Positions 27,706 through 36,230 of a DNA stretch of 53,974 bases are shown here, one piece after another (the stretch's first letter is position 1; every line of letters starts with the position of its first letter). The stretch comes from a virus. Its lineage: Duplodnaviria; Caudoviricetes. The notes beneath the pieces are model-generated. The model was not told where the DNA came from and did no database searches. It saw only the letters and a list, made by a program, of their open reading frames with translations. A program made the position numbers and the translations under genes. The stretch lies in the IMG/VR virus record IMGVR_UViG_3300028025_001902, positions 1 to 53,974 of that record. The stretch is one strand, 5' to 3'.

Positions 27706-30700
27706 TATGCACACGCTATAATACGTAGATCTTTAACACGTGGAATTTCAGCAGAACTAGTAGACTTAAATACAATCTTAACTGTAATTCCATCAAACTG
27801 AGTTAAATCAGATAATGAATATTCAACATCCACGAAACGATCTGGAGTAGTTGTTCTAGCAATAACTTCATCTGGAGAGATTAAAGTATATGGAACTGTG
27901 CTGAAGTCAATATTGGAACCAACATTATTTAGTTTGTAGTAAACATCGATACCAGCGTTAGTTGGTAAGTTTACTGCCATACGAATCTTCAGATACGTAG
28001 ATGGATTTGCTAAGTTGATTCTACGAGTTACATATTTGCTAACTTGTGAACCATTGTACGGAGCAATTTCATCGTAGAATTTATCTAAAGAAACAACTGT
28101 AATTGTACCTGCAGATCCAGAACCAGCTGTACGAGCAGTAAATGTACTATTCAATGTGATAGACGATCCATCAACTGCCACGTTAGTTACTAGGAATGTT
28201 CCATTATTACCAGCGTCTGCAGCACCTGAGATTGTCACATAACGACCAACACCAATAGTTAATAAGTCTAATTTAGTATTAGTGTCTGATGTGGATATAC
28301 CAGTTGTCGTAAAGGCAATAGTAGTCTTTGCAGAAGTTGCAGTTCTATTATCAATAGGCGAAATATTAGTATTAGCCTGAGTAGCGTTATTAATCTTATT
28401 GTGGATACAAACTAATGAAGTTCTATGAGTATCAATAACTGGAGATACAGAATCGTTAGTTGTAATCATCTGACAAGAGAATGTCAATGACTTATCTCCA
28501 CTCAAGAAGTTACTTTCATTAACTTCTGAACCAATTACTCTTGGTGAAGTATAAACATTAGTTTCATTGATTAAGACTGAATCAGGTGAAGTTTGGCTAA
28601 TGTAAGGAACTTCAGCACCATCAATTGAACGACCACTAGTAGACTTAACAAAATATTCAGTATTAGTCTGTGAGAAGTTTTGTGTCTGAACGATTGGTTG
28701 TAACGAATCAAACTGTACGTTATCAGTTGCTTCAACAGTATCACCACCAACAAAACCAGTTGCATTGGCATTGTTAGTTACAGTAATTACGTAAGAATCT
28801 AAATCTACGTCAGTAATAGTATGAGTTGCATTTAGTTGTGCACTTGGAATGTTATTATATGTTCCAGAAGCAACACCTTGAATACGAACTTTAGATCCAA
28901 CATACATATCATGATCTGTATGGAATACACGAACCTTTGGAGAACCAGAAGTAGTTTGGAATGGATCAGATTCTAAAATTGAATTTGGTAGAACATCGTT
29001 TACAAAATCTACTTGTCCAATAACATTGGTTTGGAATTGTGCTCGATAAATCGTGAACATCAAATCTTGAGATTGATCAGCAGTCCATGTTGACGCATTC
29101 TGAGATTTAAAGAATACACCTTGATATGGTTGTTCAGAAATAAAGCGATCTGTTCCTGCAACTTTATCACCCATCTGAGAAATCCAAACTGTATAGTTGT
29201 TTGAATCAGATGATAGTACGATACAATATTCAGTTGCATCTTGTACATAAACTGGACTTGGGAAAGTGAAACGAGTCGCAGTATCAGGTGCTTTATAAAC
29301 AGTACCTTCAACTGTCACAGTATTTGCTGAGATATTAACTTTGTTTGGGTTAATAGAAACTTTAGAGAATGGAAGAACACGCTTACCTGGATATCCATTC
29401 ACAACTTCACGAATCTCTAAATTGACAGGAATGTTTAAGTCTTTAGAAGCAAAGAAAATATCAATGCCAGTTAAGAACGCACCACCCTTTTGTTGTACCA
29501 AGAATGTCTGTGCCAATGGATCCCACCAGCCAGTATCACCAACTACACGTTCTGCAGTTTCAGTAATAGTTCTAGTTTGATTGGCAACTTCAGAAGCAAC
29601 AGTTGCATTACGAACAGCATTGATTGTCGCTTGTTTAGTCTCAAGAATACCTTGTGCACGATACTGAACACTACCACGAGAAGTGAAGTCACCTGCATTA
29701 CCAGCAGAGTCGGTAATTCTTAGTTCTTTAATACCAGTGCGGAAACGTAAAGCATCAGTGTTTGGAATAGTGAATAATCCATATACATCACCACTAAAGT
29801 TAGATACTAATGCATTACCCTTAACTTTTGGAGTCACAGATGCATTAATTGTACCACGTGCACTAGAAATCGAACCAGTGATGATTTCACCAGATTGGAA
29901 AGTGCCATTAATGTTCAGTACATAAACTGCTTTAGCACCAGTAGAAGAAATTTCATATCCAACGCAAACTGCAGTAGCACCAGATGTTAAACCAGTAATA
30001 ATATCACCACGATTTAGTGCAGAAATAGTATTCGCAGTATTTTCACCACCAATACGACGAGCAGTTTCAGCTGATTGTGAACCTACGTTTGTAGTAGTAT
30101 CAAATTCTGATCCAAAGCCAGTAACTGAGTCAAATGGAATACGAGTTGCTGGTTGAATATGAGCATTAACATTAATACTATCAAAGAATGAATATAAAGT
30201 TGTTAATGGTTTGTAACCTTTAGCTTGAATTAGAACACCACGTGAACGAATAAATGGGATAACAGCAGTTGATAGAACTTTGTCTTCAACCAGTTGTCTA
30301 TCAACCTTAGCCACAACCGAAGTAGTAACACCACTTCTTGCTTGACCAACTTGACGAGCAATTGTAGCAACTGTGGCTTGACGAGCATTATCACCACCGC
30401 CACCACCGAAACGACGATTCATCTCATCGATAGAAATACGAACATCACCAAAGCCAGATGCCCAGTTATCACCAGCAGTGTATCTTACACGACCAACCTC
30501 AGTAAAAGAACCAGTCCATTGAGTCTGCCATGCATTCCAAACTGTACCAAGAGCACCAGATCTTTCAAGTGCTGTGCGGATTGCTTCAAAGTTACCTTCT
30601 ACGTTATTAATAACATCTGGGCGACGATCTACTTCAAACCACTCATCAGAAGATGGGTTTAATTGAATGTTACCAATAAATGTAAAGATCGCAAATGGGT

Positions 30701-33700
30701 TTACGTTTTCAACACGAGACGATACTGCCTGTTTGATAAACTCGATATTTGTGTATGGTAATGTGATAACATCACCAGTTAGTGCATATTTGTTTGCAGT
30801 TCGTTGTGCAGTTGTAGAACTCTTTTCGATTAAGTTTACGTTATCCATGCGATAGAATGGACGAAGTTCTTTTGACTCCATATCAATGGCGCACTTGTAG
30901 TCTGGGTTAGTCGCATCACCAACTCCATGACCACTAAAACTATCAACAATAAAACCATTCTTGTAACGATCTAAACCTTGAGCATCAGGGATAGTTAAAC
31001 TTACAGTTTCTTGTTCTAGCAACGATAGTGAAGTATAATATTCTAGAGTATCAATACGTTTTTCAAGAGCACCGATATCACGCATTGTGTAGCGACGATT
31101 ATCGATTGATTGAATTTGAATGTTACCAGCTGCAGTACCGAAAGTATATGGCTCAAGATTTAATTTGTAAAGAACCATACCATTCTTTGGATCTTCTGGC
31201 TCAGCAGGATTTAAAGATGGAACACCTTTAATCTGGAAGAAGTTTCCATTAAAGTCAATTGCAATTTTGTCTCTACGTGATAGGTAGTAAGACATATCAG
31301 CTTCCACGTTTACTGCACGTTTTGGAAGTTGTGTCAATGAAGCACCAGCAGAAACAAAGTCTGTGCCAGTATCATCAATTCTTGGACGGAAATCTAGAAC
31401 ATCACGTAATGGATATCCAGAGTATGAAGGAATTTCTTCGTAACGAATACCAGAACCAGTATATGAATCTACTGAGAAATAGTCACCAGTACCATGTTCA
31501 AAATAATCAAATGTAACTTGGAATGGTGCTGCTGGAACAGGATAACCCTGCTTTAATGTTAATTTGCCCACATCATAGTAATCATCTCTTTGACCATCGT
31601 CAAATGAGAAGTAATCATTAATGTCAGTTGTATAAATGCCAGTAGGAGATGCCCAAGTACCAGTATCCATTTTGATACCAGAAACTCTCCATACGTCTGC
31701 TTTACCTAATTTAATAGTTGGAGCAGTACCAGTAGTTTTAGTAGAAATTGTTAATGTAGTATTTGTAAGAGTCTTAGTCTTTTCTTTAGCATCAATAGAA
31801 GTCTTACGAATTGCTGCAAGAATAGTAAACTGAGTAGTTGCGTAAGTATCAGGTAAAGTAAAAATAACTTGGCGTAATGCAGGTGACACTACGTTAATTC
31901 CAGAAGGAACAACAATTTCACCCGTAGAGGTAACTACCAAGAGATAATTATTAGCCTGTGCAGAAGAAGCAAATGTGTCGGCAGAACCAACAGCATTAAT
32001 TGTTAAAGTACAAGTACTACCCAAGTCAGCAGATGATGTTGTTACAAAACGCTGAGTTGTAGTATATGAAGTTCCAATAGTTGTATCATCTACGCTTCTT
32101 AGTTTACGAGTTGCGTAAAATGGTAAATTAAACAACAATGGTGAATACTGTGGTTCAATAAGAGCAGTTGATAAACGACTAATCGCAAAACCAGCTGCAG
32201 TTACGTTTGCATTAACTGTTAATGAAGTATCACTAGCAATAGTAGCAATACGACGAGTAATTGAAGAACTTCCAATATAAATCCAATCACCAACTCTGAG
32301 TTCTGTTGTAAAACGAGTACCAACACCAACAAGAGTTGTTGACGAAGAAGCTGAAACAGAACCTGTTAGTCTAGTTTGGTATGGAGAAATATCTGATGTA
32401 AAGTTAGTTCCAGTAGAACCAGCATTAAAGTAAATCTGTTTAACATCAAGATTAAAATTCTTACCAGAGTTTAATGCTACGTTTGCTAATTGCAATTTGT
32501 ATACGTCTGCAGCACGAGAAGCACCAAGAGTATGCAATTCAATACCACGAACACGTGCAGTACCAATTTTAGATCCTGCAGCAGTACCTAAAGAAGCAGT
32601 TAGTTGATCATACAAATCAACTGTTTGATAATTGTCAACACGTGGAATATTATTAATGTTAGTGACTAAAATATAGTTACCAACAGTAGTTTGAATTTGA
32701 GTATCGGCTACACGAGCAAAATCTCTGGCTTTATCAATAGGAAGATATTCAGTACCAATCTTCTCAATTTCATAACCTTGAACGTATGCTTTTCCTGGCT
32801 CTAAACCAAGAGCAAGTTTGCTCTCATCGCCTTCTTCAGATTCTGGATCAAAAATACCACGATTATACTTTAGAGCAGTTAATGCAGTATATTTCCAAGT
32901 GACACCACCAATACCATCAGTAGCTGTACCACTGCTATGAATCGGAGGTTGTGCGCCAGAAGATCCACTTGTAGTTGCAGTGTAATAGTTTGTAGTACCT
33001 GAAATTGCATAAGATACAATATCACCAATTATGTAAGAGGTGTTTTCTGCCCAAGCACCACGATTGTTATCACGATGCTCACGAATATCTAATGGAAAAT
33101 TACGAACAACATAATTACCAGATTCATCAAAAGTACGACGAGCAAGAGTTTGTTCGATTACTGAATAGTCAGTTGTGCGAACCTTGTATTGAATCTGACC
33201 ATTTCTAACTCGCAATAATTCAACAAAGTCTTTATCTTCAATCGTTTCAATAGTTCGTTTTTCAAGAGTAAGATCAGTCTTGTAACGATGAGCACCTGGA
33301 GCTGCAAAATTAGAAGAACCTTGAGCATTATCCTGTAGTGCTGCAGCTTCTTCTGGAGTGATAATAGATTCAGTAAGTTTAAGTCCAACACGATATGTCG
33401 GAGTATTGGTATATTTGTCAAGCAACAATGTTTGACTTGCAACCAACATGAAGAAACCATTAACGTAATAAACACCACGCTCGATTTGAGCTGCAGAGCC
33501 AACACCAGTTGCATCTGCTAATACGCTAGTAAATGCACGAGCAATTGGAGCATCCTCAGTAGTGAGAATTTCGTTATTATCAAAAGTTTTAGTTAAAGTA
33601 TCTGTACCTGATTGGATATATTTTACATAAATCGTTGGAGAGTCAGAAGTAGTAGAAGTTGTAACAGCAACTACTTTACCCTTAACACCAGTGGTATTAC

Positions 33701-33998
33701 CAACAATATTGTATCCAACAATTTCTTCAATGTATGTATCAACAGAAACACCATTATATGTAGGTTGCAGTTTTATATAATTAAAACCATCATCAAATGA
33801 GATTTGTCCTGGAAGAACCATTGCTCCCTGACGGAACATATGGTCACCATGGCGAGCGATCTGATTTTGCAGAATTGTCTGCAGTTGTGTTAGTTCTCTC
33901 GCTTGTACTGGAAATCCTGGACGAAACAATACTTTAAGGTATTTGTCATCCTCAGAGTAGTCGTCATAATATGGCGATACATTAAAATTAATGGTCAT
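27705..33998 (-). CDS. Large virion/baseplate protein (DUF4815 / VrlC-like)
   Basis: FNVSPYYDDY...KVLFRPGFPVQARELTQLQTILQNQI, NFAAPGAHR, NRRYTMRDIG.LEKRI, DPLAQTF, terminal PRVKDLRIIA. Confidence 0.88.
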   Translation of the reverse strand: MTINFNVSPYYDDYSEDDKYLKVLFRPGFPVQARELTQLQTILQNQIARHGDHMFRQGAMVLPGQISFDDGFNYIKLQPTYNGVSVDTYIEEIVGYNIVGNTTGVKGKVVAVTTSTTSDSPTIYVKYIQSGTDTLTKTFDNNEILTTEDAPIARAFTSVLADATGVGSAAQIERGVYYVNGFFMLVASQTLLLDKYTNTPTYRVGLKLTESIITPEEAAALQDNAQGSSNFAAPGAHRYKTDLTLEKRTIETIEDKDFVELLRVRNGQIQYKVRTTDYSVIEQTLARRTFDESGNYVVRNFPLDIREHRDNNRGAWAENTSYIIGDIVSYAISGTTNYYTATTSGSSGAQPPIHSSGTATDGIGGVTWKYTALTALKYNRGIFDPESEEGDESKLALGLEPGKAYVQGYEIEKIGTEYLPIDKARDFARVADTQIQTTVGNYILVTNINNIPRVDNYQTVDLYDQLTASLGTAAGSKIGTARVRGIELHTLGASRAADVYKLQLANVALNSGKNFNLDVKQIYFNAGSTGTNFTSDISPYQTRLTGSVSASSSTTLVGVGTRFTTELRVGDWIYIGSSSITRRIATIASDTSLTVNANVTAAGFAISRLSTALIEPQYSPLLFNLPFYATRKLRSVDDTTIGTSYTTTQRFVTTSSADLGSTCTLTINAVGSADTFASSAQANNYLLVVTSTGEIVVPSGINVVSPALRQVIFTLPDTYATTQFTILAAIRKTSIDAKEKTKTLTNTTLTISTKTTGTAPTIKLGKADVWRVSGIKMDTGTWASPTGIYTTDINDYFSFDDGQRDDYYDVGKLTLKQGYPVPAAPFQVTFDYFEHGTGDYFSVDSYTGSGIRYEEIPSYSGYPLRDVLDFRPRIDDTGTDFVSAGASLTQLPKRAVNVEADMSYYLSRRDKIAIDFNGNFFQIKGVPSLNPAEPEDPKNGMVLYKLNLEPYTFGTAAGNIQIQSIDNRRYTMRDIGALEKRIDTLEYYTSLSLLEQETVSLTIPDAQGLDRYKNGFIVDSFSGHGVGDATNPDYKCAIDMESKELRPFYRMDNVNLIEKSSTTAQRTANKYALTGDVITLPYTNIEFIKQAVSSRVENVNPFAIFTFIGNIQLNPSSDEWFEVDRRPDVINNVEGNFEAIRTALERSGALGTVWNAWQTQWTGSFTEVGRVRYTAGDNWASGFGDVRISIDEMNRRFGGGGGDNARQATVATIARQVGQARSGVTTSVVAKVDRQLVEDKVLSTAVIPFIRSRGVLIQAKGYKPLTTLYSFFDSINVNAHIQPATRIPFDSVTGFGSEFDTTTNVGSQSAETARRIGGENTANTISALNRGDIITGLTSGATAVCVGYEISSTGAKAVYVLNINGTFQSGEIITGSISSARGTINASVTPKVKGNALVSNFSGDVYGLFTIPNTDALRFRTGIKELRITDSAGNAGDFTSRGSVQYRAQGILETKQATINAVRNATVASEVANQTRTITETAERVVGDTGWWDPLAQTFLVQQKGGAFLTGIDIFFASKDLNIPVNLEIREVVNGYPGKRVLPFSKVSINPNKVNISANTVTVEGTVYKAPDTATRFTFPSPVYVQDATEYCIVLSSDSNNYTVWISQMGDKVAGTDRFISEQPYQGVFFKSQNASTWTADQSQDLMFTIYRAQFQTNVIGQVDFVNDVLPNSILESDPFQTTSGSPKVRVFHTDHDMYVGSKVRIQGVASGTYNNIPSAQLNATHTITDVDLDSYVITVTNNANATGFVGGDTVEATDNVQFDSLQPIVQTQNFSQTNTEYFVKSTSGRSIDGAEVPYISQTSPDSVLINETNVYTSPRVIGSEVNESNFLSGDKSLTFSCQMITTNDSVSPVIDTHRTSLVCIHNKINNATQANTNISPIDNRTATSAKTTIAFTTTGISTSDTNTKLDLLTIGVGRYVTISGAADAGNNGTFLVTNVAVDGSSITLNSTFTARTAGSGSAGTITVVSLDKFYDEIAPYNGSQVSKYVTRRINLANPSTYLKIRMAVNLPTNAGIDVYYKLNNVGSNIDFSTVPYTLISPDEVIARTTTPDRFVDVEYSLSDLTQFDGITVKIVFKSTSSAEIPRVKDLRIIACA

Positions 33999-34033
33999 TA
34001 TAGTTTCTCTATTAAACTTTACTTATTATTTAT

Positions 34034-35425
34034 TTACATCTCTACGATGATTTTAATATCTTCAATCTGGTCACTGGCACGATTAATTGGGCGACGATTT
34101 TCAACGTAGATTACATCACCACTGTATGGCTGAATTTCAGGATTAGTCTTAGTTGCAACAGTACCTGTTGCACTAGATGTTCCACCTGTAATAGTCTCAC
34201 TAGTTGAGAATGTAGCACCAGTTGCATTATCAGTGCGTAGTTGAATGTAACGAATTGTTGTTCCACTTACAGAAACGATACGACCAACTGCACCAGATGT
34301 TCCACCAGTAATAGTTTCATCTTGTTGGAATGTACCAGTACCACTAGAGAAAGTCAACTCTTTAGTTGCCTTCAATGTAGTAGCTGTAGAAACAGTTGTT
34401 GTTCCATAGTTGTATGGATCACGAATTAACATGATACGACGATAGTCGTTATCAACTGGGAAGTCACCAGATCCGTCATCGTACTCTAAACGCACGTTCA
34501 TCATTACATAGTAACCACCGAGTTCCTCAACTGGATCTGCACCATGACCACCCTTTGGTGTAATAATTGCAGATGCAGTAGCAGAAGAACCACTGCCACC
34601 AGAGATAGCAACAGTTGCGTATGTATATCCAGAACCAGCGTTAGTAATAGTAATTGCAGTAATAGTATTGCTACCTGCATCTCTAACTGCTGTGGCAGTT
34701 GCACCAGTGCCATCGCCATTGATAGTAACAGTTGGAGTTGATAGGTAACCAGTACCTGCAGCAGTCACTAAAATATTATTAATAGAACCATCAACTGCAG
34801 CGTCTTGAACTAGCCACTGATCGTAGTAAGCATCAGTAGATCCAGGATTGCTTGGTAAAGTCTTAACTGGAATAAAGTCTGTAGAAACAAACTTGATAAC
34901 ATCAGCTGGAGAAATTGTATACATAAACTTCCAAACATATCCGTCAGCAGTAGTAATAGCTGAAGTGGAAGTGCCTGTTGGTTTTGTTGTAGAAGCAATA
35001 ACTGTGTTTGCTGCATTTCTGTTATCTAAACATTTGTAGACATTATACTCATCAGTAACAACGAAGAAATTTGCAGCGTATAGATTTGCTGGAGTTGTAC
35101 CACCACCTGAAGAAATGTTTACACCAGCAGTAGTGCCGTTGTAGTCATGACGATAGATGTCGTAATATTGACCAGAAGTCCAATCACGTCGTGGAATAGC
35201 ATGTGCTACGTCTGAAGATTGAATACGCTTTGCAGCGAGCATATCTTGCCAATAGTATAATTCTTCAGATACTGTGTCAACTGGAGTATCTGGAGAGTTA
35301 TCGCTTGTCCAACTTTGTGGACGACCAATACCAAGATACATGTTAGACGCAGCAGCTTCTGAGAAACCTTCTTTGAAAGATTGCGCATTGTGGATGCGGA
35401 ATTTTGAAGTTATAATTGCAGCCAT
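34034..35425 (-). CDS. gp8: Baseplate wedge subunit
   Basis: MAAIITSKFRIHNA, YLGIGRP..W, VYKCLDN, DGYVWKFMY, GGHGADPVEELG, YVENRRPI.RA.DQ.EDIK. Confidence 0.88.
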   Translation of the reverse strand: MAAIITSKFRIHNAQSFKEGFSEAAASNMYLGIGRPQSWTSDNSPDTPVDTVSEELYYWQDMLAAKRIQSSDVAHAIPRRDWTSGQYYDIYRHDYNGTTAGVNISSGGGTTPANLYAANFFVVTDEYNVYKCLDNRNAANTVIASTTKPTGTSTSAITTADGYVWKFMYTISPADVIKFVSTDFIPVKTLPSNPGSTDAYYDQWLVQDAAVDGSINNILVTAAGTGYLSTPTVTINGDGTGATATAVRDAGSNTITAITITNAGSGYTYATVAISGGSGSSATASAIITPKGGHGADPVEELGGYYVMMNVRLEYDDGSGDFPVDNDYRRIMLIRDPYNYGTTTVSTATTLKATKELTFSSGTGTFQQDETITGGTSGAVGRIVSVSGTTIRYIQLRTDNATGATFSTSETITGGTSSATGTVATKTNPEIQPYSGDVIYVENRRPINRASDQIEDIKIIVEM

Positions 35426-35444
35426 TTTATTTTCCTTTTATAGA

Positions 35445-36218
35445 TTAATACAGGGCAGTCCATGAACTGCCGTTATAGAATACTGGGTACGATACACCAG
35501 CGTTAGTTCCTTTTGGATCCCATCCAGCAGTGTTGCCATCTGCAACAGCAAACATTCCATTCGCTGGAGTTGCTGGTACGCTAGTTGAAACTGTTAATGT
35601 TAATGTGGTAGTGATACTTGCTTGTTTACCTTCTAATGAGGTTTCTAATGCTTGTAATCCTTGCTTAATCGTTTGATTATCAGCAATAGTAGTTCCAGTA
35701 AAAGTTCCAAGATTTGCAGAACCTTCAGCAACACCAGACAAAGAGATTAGGTCATCTACGCTTAATGAAGAAGCAGTAGGAATAGTTGGTGTACTAGACA
35801 AGTCTGCATAAGAACCAGAAGTAGCCACTGTGGCTAAACTAGAAGTTGCAGCCTTAGCATCTAATTGAGTTTGGATAGCAGATGTAACACCATCTACATA
35901 GTTTAGTTCTGTAGTAGTAAGAGTAGCACCATCCAGAATATTTAATTCAGCTGCAGTAGATGTAACACCATCTAAAATATTAAGTTCTGCAGTAGTGGAA
36001 GTAACACCATCCAAGATGTTTAATTCTGCAGTAGTGGAAGTAACACCATCCAAGATGTTTAATTCTGCAACGCTAGATGTTAGGGTGATTGCTGAGCCAG
36101 TACCTAATGCATTATAGATCTCGCTAAAATTGTCATTAATTTTACCACCAGCGACACGAAGTGTATCGCCTGTTCCATCGTTGGCTGCAGAACCGATTCC
36201 AATATTTAATTTTGCCAT
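35445..36218 (-). CDS. gp9/gp10-like baseplate fibre connector with 13-aa repeats
   Basis: N-term IGSAANDGTGDTLR.AG.KIN.NFSEIY resembles the T4 gp9/gp10 N-terminus; ELNILDGVTSTTA repeats. Confidence 0.65.
   Translation of the reverse strand: MAKLNIGIGSAANDGTGDTLRVAGGKINDNFSEIYNALGTGSAITLTSSVAELNILDGVTSTTAELNILDGVTSTTAELNILDGVTSTAAELNILDGATLTTTELNYVDGVTSAIQTQLDAKAATSSLATVATSGSYADLSSTPTIPTASSLSVDDLISLSGVAEGSANLGTFTGTTIADNQTIKQGLQALETSLEGKQASITTTLTLTVSTSVPATPANGMFAVADGNTAGWDPKGTNAGVSYPVFYNGSSWTALY
35880..36069 (-). repeat. Coding 39-bp tandem repeat (about 5 units)
   Basis: ttctgcagtagtggaagtaacaccatccaagatgtttaa occurs twice identically, plus degenerate units; encodes AELNILDGVTSTT. Confidence 0.85.
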
Positions 36219-36230
36219 TTATTTCTCCTG

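Noticed and set aside
35880-36069. CRISPR-like array
   Set aside because: Units are contiguous in-frame 39-bp coding repeats with no unique spacers.
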